Origin: Felis catus
Lineage: Eukaryota
DNA length: 64,000 nt
Direction: 5' to 3'
Assembly (NCBI RefSeq): GCF_018350175.1
Contig: NC_058368.1
Span: 144,090,001 to 144,154,000, forward strand
Position 1 is the stretch's first letter, and each line of letters begins with the position of its first letter. Shown one piece after another: positions 12,000-25,300 of this stretch. Below the pieces are notes generated by a model that ran no database searches, had not been told where the DNA came from, and saw nothing but the letters and a program-made list of their open reading frames with translations. A program made the position numbers and the translations under genes.

Positions 12000-12240
12000 G
12001 AATGAATTTATGGACATTTATAGTGTGTCAGATGTTGTTCTAAGAGCATTAAATGTGTTCATTTATTTAGTCCTTATAACAATCCTAGGAGGTAGCTTAT
12101 TGCTATCATCCTCATTTTCTTGATGAGGGAACAAAGGCAGAGAAGAGTAAGTAGCCTGCTTGTTGCACATAGTAGGAAAGCTACCAGCCTGGCTGAAGAG
12201 TTCACACTGTGAACCGAAACTCTGTACTACCTCTGTAAAA
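12000..12240. mobile_element. MIR SINE
   Basis: MIR core text 'tcatttatttagtccttataacaatcctaggaggtag ... atcctcattttcttgatgagggaac'. Confidence 0.65.
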
Positions 12241-12627
12241 GTAGCTGAATAACCTATTAGTTAAGTTTTACTAGTTCTTATTATATGCTTTTAAGTTATT
12301 CTGTTTGGTATACAAATAATAATTAAATATTAAAATTTTATGTGTAAGTTTCCTATAGAATGTAATTTTAAATGGTTTATTGTGATTTTTGTGATTGATG
12401 ATTTTTATTTTCTCATCCCCAATTTCTAAACAAAGTTAATAGGTAAATAGGTATGATACTCAGAAGTTTGACTTACAAATAACTTTTTAGGAAAAAAACC
12501 TATCCTGTAAAAACAAAGTTCATATTCTTCCCAGGAATTTAAATAAGTACCACCAAAGGGAAATTTTAGGTGGTATACTGATCAGAGCTTCCCTCTTCAA
12601 GTGATCATCTTGGCCAGCCTTTGTCAG

Positions 12628-12773
12628 GTTTTGTTTTTTAAATATATGAAATTTATTGTCAAATTGGTTTCCATACAACACCCAGTGCTCATCCCAAAAG
12701 ATGCCCTCTTCAATACCCATCACCCACCCTCCCCTCCCTCCCACCCCCATCAGCCCTCATTTTGTTCTCAAGT
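12628..12773 (-). mobile_element. Very short 5'-truncated carnivore L1 3' end
   Basis: Antisense L1 terminus 'tttattgtcaaattggtttccatacaacacccagtgctcatccc', flanked by the direct repeat AGCCTTTGTCAG (12616-12627 / 12774-12785). Confidence 0.85.
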
Positions 12774-12863
12774 AGCCTTTGTCAGTTTTTTATGAGACAC
12801 TTAATACATGTTAGAATTGAGAATGTTAGCCACTGTTATTTCTAATTAGAATTACATGGTATT

Positions 12864-15800
12864 GCCAGCGTTACCTTGATTTCAAAAGCAAAGACCCCAC
12901 TAAAAAGGAGAACTAAAGACCAATTTCCCTGATGAACATGGATGCAAAAATTCTCAGCAGGATACTAGAAAACAGAATCCAACAATACATTGAAAGAATT
13001 ATTCACCATGATCAAGTGGGATTTATTCCTGGGCTGCAGGGCTGGTTCAATATCTGCAAATCTATCAATGTGATACATCAAATTAATAAAAGAAAAGATA
13101 AGAACCAGATGATCTTCTTAATAGATGTAGCAAAAGCATTTGACAAAATACAGCATTTCTTGATAACCCTCAAAAAAGTAGGGATGAGGGGCGCCTGGGT
13201 GGCGCAGTCGGTTAAGCGTCCGACTTCAGCCAGGTCACGATCTCGCGGTCCGTGAGTTCGAGCCCCGCGTCGGGCTCTGGGCTGATGGCTCGGAGCCTGG
13301 AGCCTGTTTCCGATGCTGTGTCTCCCTCTCTCTCTGCCCCTCTCCCGTTCATGCTCTGTCTCTCTCTGTCCCAAAAATAAATAAATGTTGAAAAAAAAAT
13401 TAAAAAAAAAAAAAAAAAAAAGTAGGGATGAAGGAGCATACCTCAAGATCATAAAGTCTCTATATGAAAGACCCATAGCTAATATCATCTTCAATGGGGA
13501 AAAACTGAGAACTTTTCCCCTAACAGGAACACGACACTACTGTTATTCAACATAGTGTTGGAAGTCCTAGCCTCAGCAATCAGACAACAAAAAGAAATAA
13601 AAGGCATCCAAATTGGCAAGGAAGAAGTCAAACTTCCACTCTTTGCAGATGACAGGATACTCTTACATGATACTCTACTCTCCTTTTGGGAAAACCCAAA
13701 AGACTCTACCAAAAAAACTTCTGGAACTGATACATGAATTCAGAAAAGTCACAGGATATAAAATCAGCATTCAGAAATCAGATGCATTTCTATACACCAA
13801 TAATAAAGCAGCAGAAAGAGAAATCAAGGAATCTATCTTATTTACAATTGCATTGAAAACCATAAAATACCTAGGAATAAACTTAGAGGTAAAAGATCTG
13901 TATGTTGAAAACTATAGGCAGCTTATGAAAGAAATTGAAGAAGACACAAAAAAAATGGAAAAATATTCCATGCTCATGGATTGGAAGAACAAATACTGTT
14001 AAAATGTCGATATTACCCAAAGCAATCTACGTATTTAATGCAATCCCTATCAAAATAACACCAGCATTCTTCACAGAGCTAGAACAAACAATTTTAAAAT
14101 TTGTATGGAATCATAAAAGACCCCAAATAGGCAAAGTAATGTTGAAATAAAAAACCAGGGGCTCCTGGGTGGCCCGGTTCATTACTCGTACAACTTCAGC
14201 TCAGATCATGATCTTGTGGTTCATGGGTTCAAGCCCCGCATCGGGCTCTGTGCTGACAGCTCAGAACCTGGAACCTGCTTCAGATTCTGTGTCTCCCTCT
14301 TTTTTTGCCCCTCCCCTGCTTGTACTCTGTCTCTGTCTCTCAAAAATAAATAAATGTTTAAAAAAAAGAAAAAAAGAAAACCAACCTAGAGGCATCACAA
14401 TTTCAGACTTCAAGCCATATTACAAAGCTGTAATTATAAAGACAGTATGGTACTGGCACAAAAACAGACACATAGATCAATGGAACAGAATAGAGAACCC
14501 AGGAATGGACCCACAAATGTATGGCCAGCTCATCTTTGACAAAGCAGGAAAGAATATCCAATGGAAAAAAGAGAGTCTTTCAGCAAATGGTGTTGGGAAA
14601 ACTGGACAGTGACACGCAGAAGAATGAACCTGGGCCACTTTCTTACACCATACACAAAAATAAACTCAAAATGGATGAAAGACTTAAATGTAAAGACAGT
14701 AAACTATCAAAATCTTAGAGGAGAAAACAGTCAACACCTCTTTGACCTCAGCCACGGCAATTTCTTACTACACACGTCCCCTGAGGCAAAGGAAACAAAA
14801 GCAAAAATGAAGTATTGAGACCTCATCAAGATAAAAAGCTTCTGCACAGTGAAGCAAACAATCAAGAAAACAGTCATTGCAAATGACATACCAGATAAAG
14901 GGTTAGTATCTAAAACCTATAAAGAACTTACCAAATCCAACATCCAAAAAACAAAGAATTTGGTGAAGAAATAGGCAAAAGACATAAATAGACTATTTTC
15001 CAAAGAAGACATCCAGATGGCTAACAGACACATGAAAAGATGCTCAACATCATTCATCATCAGGGAAATACAAATCAAAACTACAATGAGATACCACCTC
15101 ATACCTGTTAGAATGGCTAAAATTAACAACTCAGGAAGCAACAGATATTGCAAGAATGCAGAGAAAGGGGAACACTTTTGCACTGCTGGTGCAAATGCAA
15201 ACTAGTGCAGCCATTCTGGAAAACAGTATGGAGTTTCCTCAAAAAATTGAAAACAGAGCTACCCTATCACCCAGCTATTGCACTAGTAGGTATTCATCCA
15301 AAGGATACAAAACTGCTCATTCAAAGGGGCACATGCATCCCAATGTTTATAGCAGCACTATCAACAATAGCCAAAGTATGGAAAGAGCCCAAATGTGCAT
15401 CAACTGATGAATGGATAAAGAAGATGTGGTACATATATACAATGGAATACTACTCGGCAGTGAAAAAGAATGAAATCTTGCCATGTGCAATAACATGGAT
15501 GGAGCTGGAGTGTTTTATGCTAAATTAAGTCAGTAGTAAGTCTGTCAGAGAAAGGCAAATATCATATGATTTCACTCATCTGTGGAATTTAAGAAACAAA
15601 ACAGATGAACATAGAGGAAGGGAAGGAAAAATAAGATAAAAACAGAGAAGGAGGCAAATCATAAGAGATTCTTAAATACAGAGAACAAACTGAGGGTTGC
15701 TGGAGGGGTGTTGGGTGGGGGTGGGCTAAATGGGTGACAGGCATTAAGGACGGCACTTGTTGGAATGAGCACTGGATATTATATGTAAGTGATGAATCAC

Positions 15801-15870
15801 TAAATTCTAGTCCTAAAACCCTTATTACACTGTATGTTAACTAACTTTAAAAACATACAAAAAACAAATT
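12864..15870 (+). mobile_element. 5'-truncated carnivore L1 (frameshifted ORF2 RT/C-terminal region plus 3'UTR) with two CanSINE insertions
   Basis: ORF fragments MNMDAKILS...[40 protein letters not shown] and [14 protein letters not shown]. SINEs at ~13188-13421 and ~14158-14375. Confidence 0.95.
13188..13421 (+). mobile_element. Young feline CanSINE (SINEC_Fc-like)
   Basis: tRNA-derived head ggggcgcctgggtggcgcagtcggttaag, CT-rich body, poly(A). Target duplication AAAAAAGTAGGGATGA on both sides; CpGs retained. Confidence 0.95.
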
Positions 15871-16164
15871 TACTGTATGGATGTACTTTAGAGATACCAC
15901 CTAGAATTAGAATCATTAAAGACTGAATCTGAATATACTAAAATAAATTATTACATGGTATTAGTAGATTAACTGGGAGAGATGTATAATTTTGTAATAT
16001 TTACAAATTTGTTACATGTTCCAGGCTAGGAACATGGTATGTTATTCTTTCAGGTATACATTATATATTGCTGTTGGACCAAGTTCATCCTCAGTCTTTT
16101 TTTTCTTTTTTTTTCCAAAAATGTTATGACTTTTCCTTGATATTTACTCTTCCAGAAGAATCTT

Positions 16165-16353
16165 ATATTTATTTTATTCTATTTTAGAGAGAGAGAGATT
16201 GTGGGTGGGGGAGAGGGGCAGAGGGAGAGAGAGAGAATCTCAAGCAGGCTCCGTGTGGTGCTTGCTACGGGGTTCTATCCCACAACCCTGGCATAGCTAC
16301 TGGAGCCGAAACAAAGAGTTAGATGCTCTACTGACTGAGCCACCCAGGCGACC
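16165..16353 (-). mobile_element. CanSINE (older)
   Basis: Antisense SINE text; flanking repeat CCAGAAGAAT. Confidence 0.85.
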
Positions 16354-17473
16354 CCAGAAGAATTTGATAATTGTTTCGTCAAATTCCAGAAAATAAAAAA
16401 CTACAACAGCAAAAACTTTTATTTTCCTTAGTAAAATTTTATGGGTTTTTTAATATAGGTTTTGTTTTTCTTATTTAAATTTCTGATAAGGGAAAGTGGC
16501 ATTACAATAATCTATATTAGCAATAATTAAAATATTTACATATAAAAAAGAATACATGTATTAAATTCTTGTTTCATTATGTTCTGTGTCATAGCTCCTT
16601 ATGGTTAACTGCACAGTGCTTTGCACATAGTAGACACTTAATATATGTTGGTGGATTCAATCTTGGGGAGAATATGCTGAGATTGGATATTATCTGATGG
16701 GAAACCATTATTCAACAGCCCTATATTATTTTACTAAATTGAGAAAGCCTAAGACTCTCCCTCCTGAATATAAACTAGAAATTAGTGTTTAACCCAACCT
16801 CCACAGACACCAGATTTCGTAAGAAACCAGAATTCTTTCTGGAAAAAGAGATGTTGCCAGAGGTACATAGATTAGGTTTTCCTTCAGATCCACCCATGAA
16901 GAGCAGAACCCCACAGTAACTTGGCTTCTCCTGTAGGCCTTGAAAAACAAGCTTTGGAGGCGCAGCTGCAAGTTGCTTGCTACCAAAAATAGGGGTGCCA
17001 GATCTCAGAATTGTGGTTTTAACATGGCCCTGATACTATTTAAGGCAGAAAGCATTTAGGACAGAGAAATGACAGTCTCTAAATTAAAGTCTGCTAGGAC
17101 CAGCGTTAGAGTTTATTAATCCACTAAAATCTAGGGCCTCCATTTCAGGGCAAGAAGAATAAGCCAAAAGAAGCTCACAACATGGGGGCAGAGTAAAGAA
17201 AGACTGGGGGCTGGTTTTCTCTGGTTTTAATGAACAGTATCCTTGCTCACTAATTAATTGGACCTAATAAATAATGAAGTTATCAGTTTCTCCCATTACA
17301 GTAAGAGGCCTGAAAGGAGTGAGGTGAAGAATGGTAGAAGTATAGGCAGGAGGAGTCCAGTCCATTAAGAAAGTTGTAATGTGAGGAGAGGGTACTGAAT
17401 GTTCTTCCCTCCGACAGGCATTTCCCAGAATCTTAGCCTCCCATTGTAGTATTCACTAAAAGCTAATTTTCTT

Positions 17474-18143
17474 TTTAAATTTTTATTTAAATTCTAGTTA
17501 GTTAACATACCTTGCAAAAATGGTTTCGGGAGTGGAATTCAGTGATTCATCAGTTACATGCAACACTCAGTGCTCATCATAACAAGTGCCTTCCTTAATG
17601 CCCATCACCCATCTATCCCATCCTTCACTCACCTCCTTCCATCAACCCTCAATTTGTTTTGTCGTTAAGAGTCTCTTGTGGTTTGTTTTCCTCTCTTCTC
17701 TTTCCCCCCCTCCCCTATGTTCATCTGTTTTATTTAAATTCCACAGGTGAGCAAAATCATATGGTATTTGTCTTTCTCTGTTTGACTCTTTCATTTAGCA
17801 TAATATACTCTAGCTCCATCCACGTTGTTGCAAATGAGAAGTTTTCATTCTTTTGGATAGCTGAGTAATATTCCATGGTATGTATACCACATCTTGCTTA
17901 TCTATTTATCTGTCAATGGACTTTTGGGCTCTCTCCATAGTTTGACTATTGTTGATAATGCTGCTGTAAACATTGGGGTGCATGTACGTCTTCGAACCTG
18001 TATTTTTGTATCCTTTGGTAAATACCGAGTAGTGCAATTGCTGGATCATAGGGTAGTTCTATTTTTAACGTTTTGAGGAACCTCCATACTGTTCTCCAGA
18101 GTGGCTGCACCAGTTTGCATTGCCCCGAACAGTGCATAAGGGT
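17474..18143 (-). mobile_element. 5'-truncated carnivore L1 3' end
   Basis: Antisense L1 3'UTR and ORF2 end; 15-bp TSD AAAGCTAATTTTCTT (17459-17473 / 18144-18158). Confidence 0.9.
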
Positions 18144-18444
18144 AAAGCTAATTTTCTTAGAAGCAAACTTAAAGGTTCAGAAGAGATTCAGAAGTATAAG
18201 TAGTGTTGTAGTTCAGTAAAGTTTTATGTATATATAAGATATATATATATATATTCTTAAATATATATATTCTTAAATATATATATATTCTTAAAAAGTA
18301 AAATTTATGTAGGCTGATTGAAACCTTACTGTTTTAAAACCTATAGATGTCAGAATGGATGTAGAGAAGAAAAGAGTGAAGCTGCTTTTTTATTTAAAAG
18401 TAACTAAAATATAGTTGTCTCTAGTTTTAAGAAAAGATGCTTGT

Positions 18445-18650
18445 TTTTAATTTATTTTTAAATGTTTATTTATTTATTTTGAAAGAGAGATGGGGAGAGG
18501 GCAGAGAGAGAGGGAGAGAGAGAATCCCAAGCAGGCTCTATGTTGTCAGCACAGAGCATGATGTGGGGCTTGATCTTACGAACCATGAGATCATGACCTG
18601 AGCTGAAATCAAGTCACATGGTTATCAGACTGAGCCACCTAGGCACCCCC
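18445..18650 (-). mobile_element. CanSINE
   Basis: Antisense SINE text; flanking AAAAGATG repeat. Confidence 0.85.
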
Positions 18651-19252
18651 AAAAAAGATGTTTATGAAATGAAAATGAAATCTGTAAAAGTTTTAAGAAA
18701 ATATTATAGTTTTACACTTTGCAATCAGTTTTAGAAACATGTTTATGCATCCAAATTTACAAGAATACGTGAAGGAAAAGAGGCTCTTTTCTCTGAGGTC
18801 ATGAGCCAGTATTAAAGACACAGTGCTTGGGTACACATTAGGTATTTTAATAAATGTGAATTTTCAGATTATAAGTGTATCTAATTTTAAATCTTATTTA
18901 TACATTCTCTTATGAGTGAATATTTGTGTATTTTCTGAAATTATTTTATACTGAGTGATCCTAATACAGAGATTTGAAACCTCAGTCTATCTACAAATAG
19001 TGACATTATTCGTACACTTATAGTACCTTTCAGGTACCTTCATGAATAGTAAGTATAAATCAACATTTTGAGATGTGGAATATGTTAACTTTCCCCTCTG
19101 GTTCTATGTGATCTTTGAATTTATTCAATTTAGGCATTATTGTATTATACTTTTATTAGGAAGTTGAGAACATTGAAAACAGTAGTCTCAAAGAACTTCT
19201 TTTTATTTTTACTTTAGGAATGTATCTTATTGACAGCAAACTATATTTTTAG

Positions 19253-19470
19253 TCTAGCAGCTGTGGAACCATCCATGATGCTCCTGGAAAATGTGAAGAG
19301 GCATCTGCAGCGTCCTGTGTGGATTAATGCTGATATTCTTCCTGGTCCAAATGGAAATAGCAGAGTAGTGGATGCAAAACCTTTTATAGACACAGTGACA
19401 TCCTTCTTTCCAGATGTGACGTTTTCCCTGGGTTGGACAACAGGATGGCATCCTGAGAAAGTCAATGAAG
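19253..19470 (+). CDS. FAM151B: FAM151B coding exon 4 (LAAVEPSMMLLEN...PVWINADILPGP...FSLGWTTGWHPEKVNE)
   Basis: Acceptor tttttag|T, donor G|GTAATA; 218 nt, phase 2-1. Confidence 0.95.
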
Positions 19471-20803
19471 GTAATAATTTTTAAAATGTATTTCTTTTTG
19501 ATCAAACTAAAATCTACTTGAAATATAAAAATAACACTTCTCAGTATAAAACCAAAAACTTATTCCACTCTAAGAGCCTAATGGAGAGAAAGGTCTGGTC
19601 CTAAAGGCATCTGTATGACTCTTCTTTCTTTTATTTCATATAGACACTGCATTCATTGGTGATATTCTGTTACCAAACTTCAATGGGAAATATTTTTTTA
19701 CAAGGTCTAGATTAACAAAAGCTGCCTCTTTATAAATTTTAAACACACCCTGAGTTGTCTATTTGAACTTGGAAAACATAATATACTCTTTACCTTGGAG
19801 CAAACTTCCTATGTCAGATGAAAGATAAAGAAGTAGTAACAAAAACTTAGCCAGTGATATGAGGCCAGAAGCAAGGGGAGTGTGGTTGAAGAGCACAAGT
19901 TCTGTTCTGTAGACAGTGGGAGGCCCTTAAAAGTAGTTTGCTAGAACTTTGGCACCCTCATGTTCTCTTTGGTTGGACAGGGGAGTGAGAGGCCATGAGA
20001 CTCTCCTCTAGTCCAGTCCCTTCTTTCCTTTCACCTTTTCCCTTCAGGATGGACCTGACATTCAGATTATTTTCCCTGGTTGAAACTGACTATGCTATTT
20101 GGGTTCATCTTTCTATTTCTTCATATATACCTAGGTAGTGATTTCCAGATAAACAGTTCTCAAGAACCATGAGATCAGGACCTGACGGGAGATCAAGAGT
20201 CAGATGCTCAAGCAACCGAACCACCCAGGCGCCCAGAGATATTAGTCTTTATCCTGTGTTCAGGGCATTCATTTTTTTACTTATTTGCATTTATTGTTTT
20301 CAGATGTTAACTTTTTAGCCCAACGTAAGATTAGAGTAACTGCTATCAAGTGAGTAGTGACATTTAGGTTTAACCCCCTGGTCCAACAGTTAATAAGATT
20401 GAGAGAAAAAGCAATATGCTTTAACTTAATTCTAATTCTTTAATTCATTTTAATTTTATTAATTTCATTAAAGAATATTGCTTATAATTCAAAGTGTTTA
20501 AATAAGGTAAACTATAAACAGTTTAGTAACTTCCTTACTGATTCCAATTCCTTTTATCACTGTTTAGTATAATTCTGGCTTAACCTGATCCTTGAACTGA
20601 ATAATACCATATCTGGGTTTGAAGTCATTGTGGTGTTGAATGTCTCCAGGCTACCTTTCTTTCACTGTCCTCTTGTCATTACCAACATGCACTTTATGCT
20701 CCCTTACTTGTTATTTCACAGATTTAGAAAAGAGAGTTAAAAGTTTATAGTCATGTAAATATAGCTTTTGTTAGCAGTCCCTTTTTCTAATTAAAAAGAT
20801 ATA

Positions 20804-22623
20804 GGGGCACCTGGGTGGTGCAGTTGGTTAAGAGTCTAACTGTTGATCTCAGCTCAGGTCATGATCTCACAGTTTGTGAATTCGAGCCCCACATCGGCCT
20901 CTATGCTGATGGTCCATAGCCTGCTTCAGATCCTGTCTCTCTTTCTCTCTGCCCCTTCCCCACTTGTGCTCTTTATCTGTCTCTGAAAATACATAAATAA
21001 ATAAAAAAAAATTTAAAAAACGATAGTTTTTCATATTTTTCAGGAAAGCAGAACTTTCCCCTTTTTTCATAAGGAGTTTAGCTGCTAAACTAACATATTT
21101 ACCTAGGCTTTCTGTAAAATGTTCCTATATTGACCAATACTTTTTACAGCCTGCTTTTGATAGAGTTTAGTGTTATTTAAAAAATAGAAACATTTTTTCT
21201 GAAGCTTTTATAAATAGGCAAGTGTGTTTTCCACAATGTCTTTTTTTTTTTTCCAACGTTTTTATTTATTTTTGGGACAGAGAGAGACAGAGCATGAACG
21301 GGGGAGGGGCAGAGAGAGAGGGAGACACAGAATCGGAAACAGGCTCCAGGCTCCGAGCCATCAGCCCAGAGCCTGATGCGGGGCTTGAACTCACGGGCCG
21401 CGAGATCGTGACCTGGCTGAAGTCGGACGCTTAACCGACTGCGCCACCCAGGCGCCCCTCCACAATGTCTTAATAAGATTTAAAATGCATGTATAAAAGT
21501 CATTTTTACCACTATTTCTACTTTAGGTAAAATGTGTAAATAATTTGGACTAGCCAAAAAACAACCATGAAGATAATTATTACTTAAAATTTTTTAAATG
21601 TTATTTATTTACTTAGAGAGAGAGAGAGAGAGAGAGCATGCACAAGTGGGGAAGGGGCAGAGAGAGAGGGAGGAAGAGACAATCCCAATCAGGCTCCACA
21701 CCACCAGTGCAGAACCCAGTGTGGGGCTTGAACCCATGAACTGTGAGATCATGACCTGAGGTGAAGTCAGACTCTTAGTCAACTGAGCCACCCAGGTGCC
21801 CCGATAATTATTAATTAAACGTCTAGTACCTAGCAGCTATCTTTCTCTTGGAAAAGAATACTTAATTACACAATGGAAAATATAAGTTTATAGAGACTAT
21901 TAATGATGCAGAGATACCTACGGGAAGAGCTTTCGAATCTTTAAGGTATAGTGTCAAAATTTGCTTTTTTTGTGCTTGAGAGATTAGTAAAACCTTTTTT
22001 TTTTAATGTTTATTTATTTATTTTTTTAGAGAGAGACAGAGTATGAGCAGGGGAGGGGCAGAGAGAGAAGGAGACAGAATCTGAAGCAGGCTCCAGGCTC
22101 TGAGCTGTCAGCACAGAGCCTGATGTGGGGCTTGAACTCATGAATCGTGAGATCATGACCTGAGCCGAAGCTGGACGCTTAACTGATGGAGCCACCCAGG
22201 TGCCCCATAAAACCTTTTTAATATTTTAATGTTTTGTTAAATTTTCTCTTGGTCACTTGTGGCATGATTTTAGAATTAATTTTTTGTCTACATTTTCCAC
22301 TGAAAATTTTTTCATGTATTAAGTGGTTTTTTAAGTCACTCTGTATCCAAACGGAAATTTTTATAAATTATCTGAATTTACCTATTTGTAAGTAATTTAA
22401 CTTAGTTTCTTATTTTTTTAATAAGTTTTATGTATTTATGTATTTTGAGAGAGAGAGACAGAGTGAGTGGGGGAGGGGCAGAGAGAGAGGGAGACAGAGA
22501 ATCCCAATCAAGCTCCTCACTGTCAGCAGGGAGCCAAATGCAGGGGTCAAACTCACAAAACCTGGAGATCATGACTTGAGCTGAAACCAAGACCCATAAC
22601 CAACTGAGGCACCCAGGCTCCCC
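20804..22623. mobile_element. Cluster of five CanSINEs in intron 4 (+: ~20804-21020; -: ~21240-21457, ~21590-21802, ~21995-22206, ~22410-22623)
   Basis: Each has a recognisable head, CT body and tail. TSDs include TCCACAATGTCTT, GATAATTATTA, TAAAACCTTTTT and CTAGTTTCTTATTT-like. Confidence 0.9.
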
Positions 22624-22689
22624 TAGTTTCTTATTTCATGACTTTCAGTATTCCAGTTAGAAAAATGGAATTTCTTTCTTTAATTTCAG

Positions 22690-22825
22690 GTTACAGTTGG
22701 ACAATGGTGAAAGAAATGGAATATATATGTAAGGACCTAAATCTGCCTGTAACATTTCCTGTCAGAGCAGCATTAGTTAGGCAGTCTTGTTCTCAGTTAC
22801 TCTGGCTGTTAAAGAAATCAAACAG
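22690..22825 (+). CDS. FAM151B: FAM151B coding exon 5 (YSWTMVKEMEYICKDLNLPVTFPVRAALVRQSCSQLLWLLKKSN)
   Basis: Acceptor tttcag|GT, donor AG|GTATGT; 136 nt, phase 1-2. Confidence 0.95.
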
Positions 22826-23591
22826 GTATGTATAAGTGTAACAATGTAGGATGTGCATGTGAGTGCATGTGTAAGAGAGACAGAAAGAGGATGAAAACTG
22901 ATTATGTAGACAGTGTGTATGAGAAAAAGATTGAGAGAAAGAATGAGCCCCGATTGTGAAGCAAGCAGATTCCCTCACTAGAATGAAACTCTCAGTTAAC
23001 CTTAACTTATATAACATCATGTCTTTCACCTATGTTCCTTACCAAAGTTTTTGAACACAGTAGGTGCCCAGTAAATGTCCTTTTTTAATGATGTTATACA
23101 TTCTCAAAAAGTTGTAAGAGGATAAAATATTTTCTCTTTGAATTCCATCCTAATTTCACAAGTTTTTTCTGTATCAAAATTTTATCTTTTTAATATGTAA
23201 TAAAAATTAGTTGGACCACTATTAAAAATTAAAGTATACTATAAAGATACAAATATTGAAACAACTTTGATACTATCTTTTTAATATACTTGTCAGTAGA
23301 ACAGCAGGGAAAACCCAGAAATAAACCCAAATCTATCATGGAACTTAGTTTAGGAGAAGCTGGCATTTCAAATCATTGGAGTAAAAGTTTAGTGTAGTGT
23401 TGGGAAAATAGGCCAACTCTGCAGCAAAGACAAAACTGGCACTGCTCCTTAATCTTTTTTCCACAGTAAATTCCAGGTGAATTAAATACTTGAAAATCAA
23501 ACATTAAATACATAAAGAAAAAGCGTGATGTTTTATATAGTTTCAGAAAGGAGAAGACCTTTCTTAATAAGGCACAAAATCTAAATGCTAT

Positions 23592-24036
23592 TGCTGACAC
23601 AAAGTTACCAGAGAGAGAACTCTAATCCATATATATTTTAAAAAATAGAGTTTTATTTGAGCCCAAATTAGGACAGCTGCCTGGGAAACACAATATTCAC
23701 AGGGAGGAAAGTGCTCCAGAGAATGAACATGTTTACAGGGTTATATACTTTTTAACATCTTGTAAAAGCTCAAAAGATTATAGATTAGCGTATAGGCAGG
23801 AATCATGTGTTTTAAACATCATCAAATGCAGGGAGTAGAGGCATTGATCAATATCTCAAGGACAAGATGGTTTTCCTTTAGGCTGCTCATTTACAAAGCA
23901 GATGTATAATGCATGCCTGGCAGGCCATAAATCAGGCTTTTGGTTTGAACAAAGTTTATGTACAGTCATGCTGACTTAGAAGGAAATTTAAAATGGTTGC
24001 CCTTCAGAGGCCTTTAGAGAGTTTTTCCCTTCATAA
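23592..24036 (-). mobile_element. Probable solo LTR inserted in an old L1
   Basis: A 445-bp block interrupts L1-like text and is flanked by CTAT (23588-23591 / 24037-24040). It starts TG and has an antisense AATAAA near 23652; the right end reads AA rather than CA. Confidence 0.5.
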
Positions 24037-24581
24037 CTATAAAAGGAGAGTTTGATACATTTGAATACATAAAAATGGAAAGATTCTGGTAAAACTATCC
24101 TTGATGCATACGTTAGACTGATGTAAAGAATTCTAATAAAGAATTTTCCCAACTCATCCAGAAAAAACTCAGTTTGGTAATTTACTATATTAGAGTAAGG
24201 GAATCAGATACTCATACATTAAAGAAGTATTCACATTCCTGTGGATAGTGAATTTTTACTAAATACCTTTTCAGTTTCTGTGAAAATGATCTTGTTTTTT
24301 TCCCCAATATCTATTAATAAAATAAATTATGGCACTATTTCATAATATTGAATTATCTTCACATTTCCAGAATAAACCCCATTTGATCATGATATATTCT
24401 TTTAATATGCTGCTGAATTTTATTGATAAATTTTAGTTAGGAGGTTTGCATTTGAAAGTGAGACTGGTCTGTAGCTTTTTTTCTTTCTCAGTTTTAGGTA
24501 TAAATGTCATGTGCATTTCAATAAAAAAGCTAGGAACCATTCCTTTTTCTGTGTTCTGGGATATTAAAAAAAACAACATTG

Positions 24582-24790
24582 AGGGGCACGTGGATGGTTC
24601 AATCGGTTAAGACAGCTTCTTGATCTCGGCTCAGGTCATGATCTCATGGTTCCTGAGGTCCAGCCCCGAGTTGGACTCTGCGCTGACAGTGCAGAGCCTG
24701 CTTGGGATTGTTTTTCCCTCCCTTTCCCCCTCCCCCACTCACTCTGTCTCCCAAAATAAATAAATAAACTTAAAAAAAAATAAAACAAAA
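24582..24790 (+). mobile_element. CanSINE within an old antisense L1
   Basis: SINE head, body and tail; flanking AACATTGA repeat. Confidence 0.85.
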
Positions 24791-25021
24791 CATTGAAATG
24801 CCCTGTACCTGACTTGGTAAACAATCCAAACCTAGTGTTTTGAGAAAAGATTAACTTGTACAACCTTTTTATTATATGGTAAGTGGTCCCTTGATTTTCT
24901 GTCTTCTGGGGGGCCAATTTTGATATACTGTATTTTTCTAGAAAATTATTAATTTCACCCAGGTTTTGAAGTTTATTTATTCACAGATGGCTCAAATAGC
25001 TTCTCATTCTTTTAATTTCTT

Positions 25022-25300
25022 CTGTTGGAGAGGAAGTATTCCTCTTTCCTTTAAGGTCCTTCTAGCTGGACTAAATAAATTGATGTGACAGAGAACCACC
25101 GGAGAAAATCAAATTTAATAGCATACTTATGGGGAATCTACACAGACATTGAAAATCTAAAGACTGTGAGGCAACAGGAAGCTTATAGGAGCTGAGGAGG
25201 AGGGTAGGGATCTGAGGATACAAAGGGTCTTGAGAAAGACCATTAGTATAGGAAGGTAGATGTTTGAAAAATAAATGTTACCCTATTATGTACATAAGTT
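25022..25300. mobile_element. Truncated LTR-like fragment, joined to a headless SINE tail (~25300-25355)
   Basis: Starts TGTTGG and departs from the surrounding L1 text; family not assignable from memory. Confidence 0.4.

Noticed and set aside
13188..13265. tRNA-like A/B-box sequence at SINE heads
   Set aside because: These are tRNA-derived CanSINE heads, not tRNA genes.
12932..15528. Reverse-transcriptase-like ORFs
   Set aside because: Frameshifted, SINE-interrupted L1 ORF2 remnants, not an intact or novel RT system.
16790..17455. Unique, slightly GC-richer block in intron 3 (similar block at ~8850-9000)
   Set aside because: No recognisable protein, RNA gene or repeat termini by eye; a Dfam/BLAST search would be needed.
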